Origin: Podarcis melisellensis
Taxonomy: Eukaryota
Assembly: GCA_964234715.1 (NCBI GenBank)
Contig: OZ174276.1
Strand: one strand, 5' to 3'
DNA: 64,000 bases
The notes below the pieces were generated by a model. The model was given only the letters and a program-made list of their open reading frames with translations, was not told the origin of the DNA and did not search any database. The position numbers and the translations under genes are program-made. Positions 35,354 through 48,910 of this stretch are shown here, in pieces. Each line of letters starts with the position of its first letter. Within the stretch, counting starts at the first letter, position 1.

Positions 35354-38300
35354 TCTTGCTCCCGGCCACTGTGTCTCCAGGAATGGTGTGTTGTTTCTGC
35401 CTGGTCCAGCAATTGTGGAGAAAGCGTCCTCATCTCTCGGAGCAAACCGTCTCACAGTGTGATCTTGACCCAGGATGCAAAGTGCTGGGCATTCTGAGAT
35501 GACATTTTGAATGGAATTTCTTGCTGGAAGGAGTCGGGGACAGAGGCATGGGGAAGAAGGCTGTGTTAGAGACAGGCATTTGAATTGGCTGGGTTAGAAA
35601 GTTCAAGTCAATCTGCACATTACACAGAATGAATGAGTTGGTAGAGCCCTGGACTGTACCACTTCAAAATGCTTGCAGGGAGAGGTTTTGTTTTTATTTG
35701 ATGACAATATGTTGTGTGGGTTTAAATAACATTAATAATAACAAACTCCATACCCAGGCATGTAATAAACAAGCATGTCAGGAAGAGAGCTACAGCAAAT
35801 CTTTCCCCCTGATGTGCTAGACTGCTGCATTTATTTGTTTAGAAGAATTTATACTGCTTAATCAAAACTCTCCTAAGTGGTGTACACAAACAGTGTGAAA
35901 AAATTACCAGTGATATACAGATAAAATTAGCATAAATTTAAAAACAAATACAACTAAATTATATGTTGGGATAGGCTTGCTGCTTTTAAAAGGTGTTTAA
36001 AACTGTGTAATGATGGTACTTGCCTAACATTAATACAAGCAGGTTTGTTGGTTGTCTTACATGGGAGAGCATTCACAAATAAGATCCCCACTGGCACCTG
36101 CAACCTGTAGTAACACAGTCCAGAATTCTACCACTGCATCTTGCATCATAGTAATTTCATACCTTGGACCAAAATAGATCTGATGAAGGGCCCATAATGT
36201 TTTAGGTTTGCTCCTGTGTTTGGACCATTCGCATTTCAAGGGGGTTTGTTTGTTTGTTTGTTTGTTTGTTTACTTACATCAAAGAGAGCATGCTGATGAG
36301 AAGAGCCAAGCCTTTCCTGCCTCATGCTTCAGGCATTTTTTACTTCAGCCAGGGTTGATTCTGGTAATAACAGCCAGGCTGGAAAAAGAACTTCAGGGAG
36401 CTTAGCCACAGATCACAGTAGGGTTCTGCCATGGGGGGGGGGACTGCCCCCCATCAAGTAAATAAATAAAAATACTTAACTAGCTGACCAGTTGTGCCAC
36501 AGATAGCTCGGTTCTGCCCTCCCCCCCCCCAACATAAATCCTGGCTACACACACAGGTTCTGCTCTGCACACCATCTGTGTGTCCCTGTTGATGTTAAAA
36601 TTAGACCTCTGCAGCCCTCTTTCTATCATGTTGGCCTTTAGTAGGTTTGGGAGGAAAACTCCCAAACTGCTGGTGTGAGGAAGGCACACCCATGAAAATT
36701 AGAGTGAGCTGAGAGCAGTATAGCCAGAGAAAGCAAGGAGAGGAACACAGTGTGTATATCTTTTTGAGAAAAATCAGTGGCTTACCCAGAGTGTCCATGG
36801 CAGATGTTGGATTTTAAATCCAGATCTCCCACCTGTGAGGACATTGTTATATCCACTAGATCACACTGGATCTCATGTTCCTACTATGGGCAAGGGGTAG
36901 GGTCCTGTTCTTCCCATGAGGATGCCAAAATAAGGCCAAAATCCTCTCTGCACCTTCATTCCATTCCTTCTGTGCCCTCTAGCTCGCTCGCAGAACTTTT
37001 AACACTTTTGGGACCGCCTATTAGAATAAAATTAAACAAAATGCTCTTGTAGAATTTGTATCATTTGGGCGCAGAATGTATAGTCCCTGGGGTTTGGCTT
37101 GGAGTGAGTGGGAAGCAGAATTAGCATGGATTTGTTTTGGGTAACTGATCAAAGCTGGAGAAAGAGGCCTATGTGCTGGGACCTTTCATACACAGCCTCT
37201 TGTTCCTTTCAAACCCCTCGCTAGTCAGCGAGCGGCTCTGGCATCTTGGCACCCCACCCACCCACCCACCATTCCTTGTGCTGCTATCTCCAGGATCGGC
37301 ATCAACCCCAACTTGGTGGAACTTTCTGGAAACATTGGGACTGTCCTTTCATGTCGACGTAGAAAGCAGCAGCTCCTCGACTCTGGGCACAGGCGACATG
37401 CCCACCGGCCCTGTGGAGCGGATGGGTGGCAACGTTCGTGGACCATGCCTTGTGTGTATATATCTATACATATATACCTTCTGTGCTGGCATATCAGCTG
37501 TTGTGTAATTATTCCAACCAAGTCCTGTTTGGGACAAATCGTGTCGTTTGGGACTTGGCCAGGCCTGCTGACCCTCGTTGGCTGGCCTGTACGCTCTGGA
37601 CTTTGGCGCCTACCTGTTGTTGAGTGTTTGTGGGAGGGTGGGGGACATCTCTTGGCTAAAGGTGAGTCTGTCGCCTCTGGCAGAGACAAATTCCAAGACT
37701 GTCTCCTACGGGTGAGAGCTCCCCTCAGATGCGCAGTTTGGACAGTGGGGCTTTCTTTGCTGTTTTAAAGAGTTACCTGAAAATACGACACTTGTTCTCT
37801 TGATCTTTTCTGAAATTATGTGTTGCGGTTGTGCTTGTGTTTATTATTATTTTGATAAGGGGGTGGCATTTCCCCCCTTCAGCCTCGCTAATAAGTCTGC
37901 AAGGACCCACACTGCTTCTTACCCTGCCTACCTACACTTCCTTATTATTTAATTACTGCCCTTCACCACAGTGACTTAGATTTTCAAACAATGTAATTAC
38001 AGTCTGATAGACATAACAGGGAGGGGAGATGGGGAAGGGCAGTTCCAGGTATCAATTCTTGAATAACATTGCATTGATAGAACAGTCACAGAGGGAGGCA
38101 GTTCTGGGAGGGACCCAAACTACAGTCCTAAGTAAGCTGATGGAGAATGGGCCTTGCCTATTGCCTCTCATATCTGATATAGCAGCAGCTTTTAAGCAAG
38201 AACTGGTTCTTTCTCAGTTTTCAAAACGTTCCTTGCTTGTTCAGCTGGAGACAATTCTTACTATTGGTGACCATGTGAGTGGCTGTATACAAGCCAGCTT

Positions 38301-38498
38301 TTAGATTTGTTTCCAAAATCAAGATCTCAACCACAGAATTGTTGAAGGGGGGGATGTTGCAAGGAAATTTAATTTTTCAATATTTTTTTTAAAAAAACAT
38401 TTCAAAATCAGGTATTTCTCACCTAAAATTTTCTTTTTCCTTCAGTATCGCAGCACCTTACATGTTATCAGCTCTTGGGGCGGGGGGAAGTATCTTAA

Positions 38499-38747
38499 CA
38501 GTGTGGTGTAGTGGTTAAGAGTGGTAGACTTGTAATCTGGGGAACCGGGTTCCCGTCTCCGCTCCTCCACATGCAGCTGCTGGGTGACCTTGGGCCAGTC
38601 ACACTTCTCTGAAGTCTCTCAGCCCCACACACCTCACAGAGTGTTTGTTGTGGGGGAGGAAGGGAAAGGAGAATGTTAGCCGCTTTGAGACTCCTTCGGG
38701 TAGTGATAAAGCGGGATATAAAATCCAAACTCCTCCTCCTCTTCTTC
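38499..38747 (+). mobile_element. Young tRNA-derived squamate SINE with (CTC/CTT)n tail
   Basis: A-box gtggtgtagtgg, B-box-like gggttcccgtctcc, body ctgggtgaccttgggccagtcac, L2-like end aaagcgggatataaaatcc, then ctcctcctcctcttcttc. Confidence 0.8.
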
Positions 38748-39413
38748 ACAACATAGCATTCCTGTGAATGCTTAAAACAGAGACATGGCACCTCCAGAAG
38801 TTGCTGGGCTCTTGACACCCATCATCTCTAACCATTCGACATGCTGGTTGGGCTGATGGCAGCTGGAGTCCATCACCATCTGGAGGGCCATAGGTTGCCC
38901 AGCCCTGATTTAAAGCCTCGTTGAAAAGGATTAAACATGACACCAGATCAAACTACGTATCTCATGCAAGGGAGGGAGCAGGAAGCAAAAAATGGAAGCA
39001 ATTTTTAATAAAAGAATTGTTGGTGGAGGAGGGGAGGCTTTGTGTGAATAGCTTATTGCCAGATGAAAACCTTCAAAAATCCTTCATATTCTGTAAAGCT
39101 GGTTGTAGGGCATTTTAAAAAAACAGCAAAGCAAGACTTTAAAGACCTAGCTGTTTGGATATGAGGCACAATGTTGTTTCTTTTATTGCACATGGAATAT
39201 ATTTGGCACAATTTGGATCCCTGCCAGTATCTGCTTCTTGCCTTAAAAAAACAGTAACTAAAAACTCTAGCTCCTGGGATAAGTTTCAGCATATTGTCTG
39301 CACTCCCCGCCCCTTTCTGGCTTGTTGCTGAATGTGCACTCAGATGGCCTGTGAAATTCCTATGTGGCCTGCAAAGCTTTGTTGTGTTAAGTTTCTGTTA
39401 ATTAACCACTGTT

Positions 39414-39763
39414 TCTAAACCACTGAGCCTCTTGGGCTTGCTGATTGGAAGGTTGGAATCTGCTCCATGGGGTGAGCTCCCTTTGCTCAGTCCCAGCTTC
39501 TGCTAACCTTCAAAAGCACACCAGTGCAGTTAGATAGATAGGTACCACTGCGGCGGGAAGGTAAATGGCATTCCCATGCACTCTGGCTTTTGTTACCGTG
39601 TTCCATTGCACCAGAACCAGTTTAGTCATGCTGGCCACATGACCTGGAAAGCTGTCTGTGGACAAATGTCGGTTCCCTCAGCCTGAAAAGCGAGATGAAC
39701 ACTGCACCCCATAGTCGCCTTTGACTGGACTTAACCATCCAGGGGTCCTTTACCTTTTACCTT
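39414..39763 (+). mobile_element. Sauria SINE (older, 5'-truncated)
   Basis: Similar to 10174-10518 (tagtcatgctggccacatgacctgga) with tail ggggtcctttaccttttacctt. Confidence 0.88.
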
Positions 39764-40519
39764 GCATGTTCCTCAGGTGCCAGGGTGACCTGTCGAATTC
39801 CACACAGCTCAAGATAGCTGTGCCATGATCTCCCTAGCTTACTCCCAGGTAAGTGTGAACAGGATTGCAGCCTTGGCCTATCACGCTGTATGAGGAGTGG
39901 GAAGCCTATCTTGGCCAAATGGGCCTTTAGTTTGACAGGGGTGGAATCCCATTTCGCAAAGTGCCTGAACTCAATTCAAATGGAGGTATTCAGGGCTGTT
40001 GACATCTGGGGTCAATAAAACTATGCAGAAACCTTAAACAGGAGGTGGAAGTTAACTTAAAAATAGGAATAGGGAGTTGATCTAATTCAAACCACAGAAT
40101 TCAGCAGCTTGCTAGTACAGTAGTAAAGTTGCAAGGGATTTTGGATCTCCCTCCTTCATGAGAAAAAGATTTCAGTGATTCTCAAGGAGATCTTTATTAA
40201 TCCCATCTGGTCACTTTCTCAGCCTGATACTTCGTGCGTCTTTTGCTCTGCTCTTCCTTTTGCCTCCCTCAGCTACTGAGTCCTGCTCAGGACTAAGTTT
40301 TAAAACACAAGTGTATAGTTAACAGGATAAAACAGGACCTTGAGCTCTGTCTAGTTCAAACTCCTCAGCGAAGGAAGCCACTGCTGCAGCGACCATTTTT
40401 AATCTCAACCAGCAGCCTTGGAGCTTCAACTGAAAGGGATTTATTATTTCTTTTAAACTAGTGGCTCCGCTCAACAGCTGCTGCCATTCCCCTCACATCC
40501 CCCTGGGTCGTCTCCGTCC

Positions 40520-40655
40520 CAGTGGCGTAGCGTGGGGGTGCAGGGGGGCCGGGCGCAACATCTGGGGGTTAGGGTTAGGGGGCACAAATCCACGGGTTAG
40601 GGGGTGCAAATTACTTGCCTTGCCCCGGGTGCTGACAACCCACACTACGCCACTG
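40520..40655. mobile_element. hAT-type MITE (CAGTGGCGTAG TIRs) containing TTAGGG repeats
   Basis: TIRs cagtggcgtagcgtggg / cccacactacgccactg. TSD ctccgtcc / ctccttcc (7 of 8 match). Confidence 0.85.
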
Positions 40656-42403
40656 CTCCTTCCCACCCTCATGCAGCTAGTGAGCTTGATGTGTTTGAAA
40701 TGAGAGAGATGTTCACGCATATGTGGGGAAATTAAGAATTCAAAATTTGCCTCAGGAGGTTTCAGACCAAGTTCTGTCTACTGAACTGCTTCCAGTAACG
40801 CCCAGCCAGATTTCCCAGGGAACCTCCTAAGCAGAGCAAGATGGAGTTCTTCCCAGCATTTGCCCACGTTATCTGGTAGCTGAATGTCTAGTCTATTTCT
40901 GATCATGGAGGCACCATTTTGGTAATTCTGTTTTATAACCCAGCTAAACCAAATGTCCCTGAATGTGTGGTCATCACCACATATTGAGGCAATAAATCCA
41001 CTAAGTGAATTATATCTTGCATGACGAAGTATTTCCTTTCCTTTCTCATTTCTTGGAATTGTTGCATAGTTTACCCTGCCTGAGCCTCTGCCGAAAGTAC
41101 CCTGAGAAGCGCTGTTGCCAATGATCAATTTCCACATGCTCTCTGCCACTTCAGTATTAAATTAAACTTAGTTTGCAATTCTGTGCCTACTCGAGCATAA
41201 GCCACATTGAACTCAGTGGGGCCCATTCCATGTGACTTCATTGGACTGGGATTCACATTCTTACTGGGAGAATGCAGTGATATTCAGACGCTTCCAGGGA
41301 CTCCTGAGTTGTGGACACTATGGCCTCATTCACACCATACATTTAAAACACTATGATGCCACTTTAAACAGCCATGGCTTCCCCAAAGGATTCTGGGAGC
41401 TGTAGTTTGTTAAGGGTGTTGAGAATTGCCAGGAGCTACAGTTCCCAGAGTTCCCTGTGTCATGGAATTGATTGGTAATTCACCTTGGGAATTGTAGCTC
41501 TGTGAGGGGAATTAAAGTCTCCTATTAACAAATGACAGCTTCCAGAATTCTCTGGTGGAAGCCATGCCTGTGGATGTGGCCTATGTTGCTACTTCTGGGA
41601 TTTGATGTAGAGGCTTTGGTCTTCCCCAAAATAAATAGGGCATAATGTGACCGTTTTAGAAAATCTGACATATGCTGGATTCCCTTGCCATTAATATTAA
41701 TTGATGAATTGCTTCTCAAAGCAATTCAAATGACAATAAATACTTATATAAAGCAATAACACGTTTAAAAGAATATGGGATAAAGCAGGACCTGGTAAGA
41801 TGTTGCTTTATACCAGCATTCACCAACTGGGTGTGCTCCAGATGTTGTTGGACTACAACTCGAACCAGCCTTAGCCATCACAGACAAACTGCTTAATTTC
41901 CAATCCTGCAAGTTTTTAAACCACAAATGTCCCAGTTCATTTTTTTGTGCTGTTTTTGCTGCACTGTCTTGAAGGAGTGTCCTTCCAGACAGAAATATTG
42001 CAATAAGATTGGGGATGCATTGCATAAGAAATAAAAATGAATGGTGTGTTGACAGTCCAGTATAAATTTAGCACTAATGTGTTATTATTTTGTCAGTTAC
42101 ATACACCTGCCAAGAAAAACCCCTAACCCTCCCCCATCCCCTGGCAATCTGGAGTGGCCCCTCATTTAGCCTCCGCAGCTAACATTTCCAGCTTTGCATT
42201 TTGCTCCTCTGAGGCCAACCAGAAGCAAAGTAAATTAAGCATTCCCAATTGATGTGCTGTGTTACTTTTCTATCAGCAGGTGGCACTATGAAGTCAAGCA
42301 ATCCCCAGCCAAGGTGCATGACTTGCAGGGAGACAGGGGCCCAGTGGCAAAAGAGGGGTACTGGCTGCCACCCAGCTACCCTCTGGCTAAGTGTGGATGC
42401 AGA

Positions 42404-42721
42404 CAGTGGCGTAGCATGGGGGGCCACCGGGGCGTTTGCCCTGGGTGCAAAATTGTTAGATGGTGCAAAATTTCAACACCCAGTATTGCCTCTACAGCTG
42501 CGTGCTTCTGTTGCTGGTCTCCGTTTAAAATGGCTTCTCCATGCAAACCAGGAAGTGACCTCTCCAGACAATGGAATGACTCTTCTTTTCTTATCTCTGC
42601 GGCTGCGATCTTCTGGGTGACTCAGTTGCTGTAAGACCGTTGCCTACTCTGTCTCATTCCCTGCCTCCCACCCACCCCCTCTGTGTGGCCCTGGGTGCTG
42701 GCACCCCGTGCTATGCCACTG
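42404..42721. mobile_element. hAT-type MITE (CAGTGGCGTAGC TIRs)
   Basis: TIRs cagtggcgtagcatgggg / ccccgtgctatgccactg. TSD gatgcaga / gatgcagc (7 of 8 match). Confidence 0.85.
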
Positions 42722-45369
42722 GATGCAGCAACATGAAAGGGTGTGTGTGTCACAGCACGTCCCAAGGACTGAGAAACAGAAACACATGGTAAACATTAGA
42801 GCAAATCCTCTCTTCGCATGCGAGGCTTCGCTCCCAAAACTGGGATGGGAGCCTGGCTTTTGTACTCCCAAGGGCAGCAGCTGTCGCCAAAGGCAGGACC
42901 TCTCCAGTCATCCTCCTTGCCCCAGCCCTGAATCCTGATGCCTGCAAGCGCTTTATGCCCCCCACTGCTCCCAGACCTCTCCCCCACGCTGCCACCTCTA
43001 CAGTAGTGCCTTGCCATTGCCTTGCAAATTGTGTGCCTAGTTAGGCCAGCTATTTTTAACCTTCAGATGCATCTATTTTTATCCCCGCTCCCTTTGCGCC
43101 AGGGGCTCGTGGGCAGTGCTGATCCGGAGCGGCACTTTGGAAAGGCAGTTACAGGGTGCGCACACAAACGGGCACCCAGCCCGCTTTGTCACTGCCTTTG
43201 GTGGGGGGTGGGGAGGCTCACGGGGGGGCTCTCAGAAAAGAGGATGCTCCGGTTCCCTTCAGTCTCCACCCCACCCCATCCAGACTGCAGCGGGTTTGGT
43301 CTCAGCCGAGTCCTTTGGAGGGGGGCGATGATCCCTGCGCTTTCCCCATATTTGGCAATTTCTCTTCTGGAGCACAACCCAGGTTGGCTCCAGAAGTCTG
43401 GAACAGTCCTCCTCAGCTATGTGTTCAGGTCAAGATCCTTCCAGGGACAGAGTTAGGCAAGGGACATGGGAAAGCAGTTAATAATATATGTTGTTTCCTC
43501 ACTATGCAGGCATGTACTAATGCTGATTCCCTCGTCCACTCTGCTCCACTGCTAAAGACCTGCAGCAGAGGAAGCGGGAATCTCATCACACTGGAAAAGA
43601 TGCCATTGTCCTCCAGGGCTTTATAATCCGGTTGCTACCCTCCTGTGTTATGATGGCAGGACAGCAGATGTGTTTCTGAGCAACAGACAGCCTTGGAGCA
43701 ATCCCTGGGGCAGGCAAAAAGACAGGCGTAGTTCTCACAGTGGGAATCTCCAGAAAACTTCAGAGTATTTGCCCTTAAACCATAATTAACCTGGCCCTGC
43801 CCACAGAAATTCTCTATAATTGGAACTGTGCTGGGCAAATACAGAGGGATCAGTGAAAGACTCTGCTGTCTACTCTTGGGAAGTGAGGCTAAGGCCAGAG
43901 TGCTGGACTTGACAAGATCCTTGGTTTCAGTGAAACATTCAGAAGCAGTTATAACACTGAACATCAAGTGCTGGGAACAAACAGAGGTCACCACTGTAAT
44001 GTCCTGCATGGCACATCCCCAGCTGTGCTCTGGACAAGAAGCACACCAAGGGCGAGTTGTCGAGTTGTTACCAGAATTGTAAACCAATTCTATGTTGGGG
44101 TTTTTTGGTTAAATCTGGAAGGTAATTCTAGTGTGTTGCAGGAGCTTCATTTGATGTATGCACACTCAGGCTGTGTGCACGCCATACATTCAAAGCAGAT
44201 CTAAAGAACATGACCAAAGACCTTCCCCCACATTATCTCCCTTCGATAAAAATTAGATGGCCTGTGTGCGTCAGTGGGTCTCCTTCTAGGTCATGGATCC
44301 CTGATGCTCTGATGTTGCAGGTGCCACAGAAAAAATGTTTATGCCCAAAGAAGAGTATAGGGAAACCCCTGAATGGAGAGCTTCACAAAAAACAAAAAGC
44401 ATGGCTGCTGGAACTTTTAAAATGGGCTTGGCTTCCTCACTGGTGGCAGCAGTCACAGCTATGGCATGTGTGCCAAGGCAACCTGAATGGGTGTTACCTC
44501 ACTTTATACTGAAAATAACTACACAGGGTAGACTAGTCTGAGAGGGGGGTGTCTCTTGCTCAAGGCCACACAGTGAACCTCCTGGCCCAACAGTGATTTG
44601 AACTCAGCCTTCCCACACCCGAAAGGGAGACTTGGGGTGGGTGTCTTCACCTTCCCCATGTCCCTTTCTTTCTATACATGTTCAGGCACAGAGCAGCTAT
44701 TCCTGCCTCCTTTGGTGTGCCGGTGAGCTGAGATCCAGGGACATCAACAGAGAACTTGCAGGCACTGGAGACTTAGCAGACATGTCCTGAAACTGCCCCC
44801 CCTTTCTTCCAGGGAACACTTTGTATAGTCCGTAGACTCTTAAGAAACCTGGATTTGGTCTCTCATCCCTCACACTTTTCTCCGGAAAGCCAGGGACAGG
44901 GCTGTGCCTTTTTGAAGAGCATCCAGCCAGCTGTCTGGGGAAGACCTGCTCCTGCTACTGCCTGGCTTGCTGCACCTCACAGCTGCTTGCCTGGATAGTC
45001 TCACTTCTCAGATGGTCAGTCAAGAGCTGAATGAACCAAGGAGAAAGCAGGAGACAGACAGAGAAATGGACAGAACAAAGTTAGACACAAGCTGGACTGC
45101 CATACATTCCTGCCCTGGTTCTTTCATGCTACCAGGCGACCTGCCTGAGAGCATTCAGATGTGCAAAGTGAAAGTGGGTCTCCCCACCCAGAGAATCCAT
45201 TATCACCAAGTTGGAGGTGAGAGGCACAAAGCTCTCTTCAAATTTAAAGAGAGGAGAGGTGAGAGATGGCAGCAACCTGAGAAGTTCCTAATGAGGAGAC
45301 TTTCCCCCTACTTTGATGGGACAAATGTGGGTCCCATCTGAAGCAAAGCAATACACTGAGATGTCTGTT

Positions 45370-45436
45370 AGAATCATAAAATTGTAGAGTTGGGAGGGAC
45401 CACAAGGGTCATCTAGTCCAACCCCCTGCAATGCAG
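45370..45436 (-). mobile_element. CR1 3' terminal fragment
   Basis: Reverse complement of the CR1 3' end at about 22280-22340 (aagggtcatctagtccaaccccctgcaatgcag). Confidence 0.8.
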
Positions 45437-47929
45437 AAATATTCTGCCCAATGTGTGGCTCAAACCCATGACCCTGAACCCACGCTGAAGGCGTGGGGTT
45501 TGCAGCAGAGAGAGCTGAAAAACTACAATTTGAAGCAAGTGGGCAGGATCCAATGGTTTTGGATTTTTATTGTGAAAATTGAAATAAACCTTCCATTCTA
45601 ATCAAACCTAAATTTGCTTTCCTGCTCAAGAACACAGAAACAGAAACCATCTACACAGTAATAAACAAAAGGAAGGGGTTATTATCTGGGATTAGGAACA
45701 ATATTGTGTTTGGTTGCTGGTGTTTTTTTTTTAAAAAAATTAAATTCTTAAAAATGTAAAAGCTACACATACACAGAAAAAACCAAAAACGAAAAAGAGA
45801 AAACAAACCTGGTTGATCCCCCCTAATCCAAACCACACCCCAGCCATCAGTTTGGAATATATGTGTGCCTGTATATAGAGGAGGATGGGAGATTGTAATC
45901 TATAGGATTCTGTTTACAGGAGCAAAAAACTTGGCAGATTTGGCAACAACATGGAATACGTTCAATATTCTGCAATATTTTAAAAGTACTCTTCTAGCAG
46001 CATAGTGAAATGCAGCTGCATGGCTTTTATCACTCCCTTTTTGACATTCAGTAGAGTATTGGCTACAACCATATTCTTGGAAACTACCTGCTTATAAAAC
46101 CATTGCATTCATCATATTGATGTAAATATTCCACAAGACTCCTCCCTTATCCCCCCCCCATATTTCACACTTTCTCTTTTCATATCTATCACTTTCTATT
46201 CCATTCACTTCAACCGTACCCCACCCACAAGCTTCACGGCTTGTTTATGGGTATTGTGAATGAGAAGGGTAATTGTGGGCATTCCCTTGTGAGAGCAGAG
46301 AGCTCCAGGAGTCCATGCAAAAATTTTGCCCCACTATTTAGTGTGAGCTTGACTTGGGGAGGCAGCAGCCGAAGCGTGAGTGCTGCTGCTATTTATAAAT
46401 ACATGCTTGTATATTTAATAGGCATGGCTGCTTGTCTGCTGCCCTTCTGCATTTTGGATCTGCTAGTTGTTATTAAGGTCCCCATATATCAGTTGTTTTT
46501 ATATTGACGGTTTAAGAGGCTGTCTTACCTAATTATTCTGTGCTGCTTTAAAACACGGATTTTTGTTCTATTTTTTTGTCACTTTTTAATCATATTATGT
46601 TTTTCTAATGCTGTAAACCACTCTGATATTTATCTATTTAGAATATGGCAGCAGTGCCAGAGGCAGCCAAGTTTCTGAATGTTGCTGGAAACCCCAGGAG
46701 GAGAGTGTGCTGCTGTGCTCAGGTTGTGCTTTGCAGTCTTTGTGCAGGTGTGCAGAGTTGGTCACTGTGAGGGTGGGATGCTGGACTAGGTCTGGACCGT
46801 TGGCCTGGTCTACCACGGCTCCTCTTATTGTCTTAATGGGAGTTTTCTTCCCACTGCAAAAGTCAGGATTCCTCCCACCCATTTTTTTTTTAAAAAAATT
46901 CACGCCAGAGCTAACTACATAACAAACATCATGTCTCGTGTGGCCTACAGCCCATTCAGTTCCCTAATGGCTGCTGGGCAAATCTTGCCAAGGAAATGCA
47001 TCCCACTAGCATTAGGCCTGCCAGAGGGAAAAGTCTAAAATAAGAAACATTTTGGAACTGTTGGGCTGAAATATGGAGCACACCGATTAGGGTTCTTCCC
47101 CTCCCCAATCTGTGGGGACTGAATAAGGTATCTTAAGACTGTGACTTAATACAGACTCCATCTGTGGCTTGGACAACAGCCTCTTCTCCCTGATACCAGA
47201 GTGTTGGAGACCTCAAAAGCTTGCACACTGTTTGACAGTGTTTTGGCAGGCCTAATAAAGGTATCGCACTAATGTGGATTTTGTATGGAGAGAAGTAAAC
47301 CAATGAGCCTGGGGTTAAATGACCCACTAAGCCAAAACACAGCTTACCACAGCACTTGAACAGCAGGAGCACATCAACTACAATTGTCTCTCCAGGAGCC
47401 CAGACCTTCATGCCGCGCCATGGTTTGGCCTTAAGATGATGCCTACCAGATCATGCTTTCTCCTTCTAGAGCAGAGCTTTCCAAACTTTTCATGTTGGTT
47501 AAACACCTTTTAGACATGCATCATTTCGCAACACAGTAATTCAGTTTTACTAGCTAACGGGAGGTTAAACTAACCCCTTTCTAGCCCCAGGAGGACTGCA
47601 GGGATTGTTTGCACGACACACCTGCACACTGCAGCTGACACACTAATGTGTCACAGCACACAGTTCAAAAGTACAGGAGTTGAAGTAACACTGTGGCTGA
47701 AAGGCTATGAGCAATGAATCAGAAAGTCCCTGGTTTGAATCCTCCCTTGGACATAAACTCACTTGCTGGCCTTAAGCAAACCACCTTCTCAGCCTCATCT
47801 GCTCCAACCTTACTGGGTTGTTGTAAAGCTGACATGACGTGTCAAAGTTTGAACATTAAGGGAGCCTACGACTTGCAACAGCTCAACTGCTACCGGTGTG
47901 TTTCCTGGCGCAATCCAAAGTGCTGGTTA

Positions 47930-48390
47930 GGTTTTATAAAGTCCTTAGGTCCAAGCTATCATATTCCCTCATATGAACCTGCCCAGGTTTTGAGACCTTC
48001 TCAGGAGGCCCTTCTCTCCGTCCCACCACCCTCACTGGCACCCTTGGTAGGAGAAGAGGAGAGGGCCTTCTCGGTGGCTGCTCCCAGATGTTGGAACTCC
48101 TTCCCTGGAGAAGCTAGACTGGCTCCCTCCTGCCCTTCCACTGGCCCTTGAAGACTTTCTTGTTCCAACAGGCTTTGGGGGAACCAACTGCTTTTAATGA
48201 AAGGGCTGGTGCTTGTGGTAATTATTGGTTTAGCCTTAATAGATCATACACATTTACATAGTTTTAATCAATGTCTTAACTGTTTTTGAGTTGTTGTTTC
48301 CCCCCTATGTTTTTAGCTGTTCCTAATTTTTGTCTGTAAGCTCCTTTGAGTCTCTGTAAGGGAAAAGGCGGGATATAGATAAATAAAATC
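47930..48390 (+). mobile_element. Old L2-clade LINE 3' fragment
   Basis: Encodes the degenerate RAFSVAAPRCWNSFP motif and has an L2-like terminus aaggcgggatatagataaataaa. Confidence 0.7.
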
Positions 48391-48499
48391 ATCATAATAA
48401 CCACAACAAACCTGGCAACCTCTCTTACATCCGGGATGTTGGCTCATGTTATGGATGTGTGCGACCTGTATATGTTCCATTGCTACTGTTGCTGCAAGT

Positions 48500-48910
48500 T
48501 TTCTCATCGCCTCGGCTACAGAAGCCTGAGCCGCCGTCGGGAAGAGGCGCAGCTTTCAGGGGGTTTCACCGCCCCGTTTGGGGGCGGAACTTGAGAGGCC
48601 CGACAGCTCTGCTGCGCTGCAGCTCCGTCCCGCCTGGAGACGCGCACCGACGGGCGGCGGAGCTGGCTGGCCGCGGCGCCGGGGACCGGGAGCCAAGCGG
48701 CGGGCAGCGCCTCCTACCCCCGCGGGCCGCCGAGGGGCGCCAGTACGTCTCCGGGCATCCTCCGCGAAGGCTCTCGGCTCCTGTTTGAGCCGGCCAGAGT
48801 TCAGTTGGAGTTGGCGGGGGAGGCCTTTTGAACCTTTCCAGTTCAGCTCCATGTAGACAGGTGATCAAGAAGCGAGGGCGCTCCAGAGCACGTGCAGACT
48901 GCATTCCGAG
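48500..48910. promoter_or_regulatory. Small CpG island between DTX3 and ARHGEF25
   Basis: CpG-dense, with GC boxes (48568-48587). No TIR, TSD or SINE hallmarks seen. Confidence 0.6.

Noticed and set aside
43050-46398. MEF2-like sites CTATTTTTAA (43050-43059) and CTATTTATAA (46389-46398) as muscle enhancers for ARHGEF25
   Set aside because: Short AT-rich matches expected by chance in 64 kb; unsupported without conservation data.
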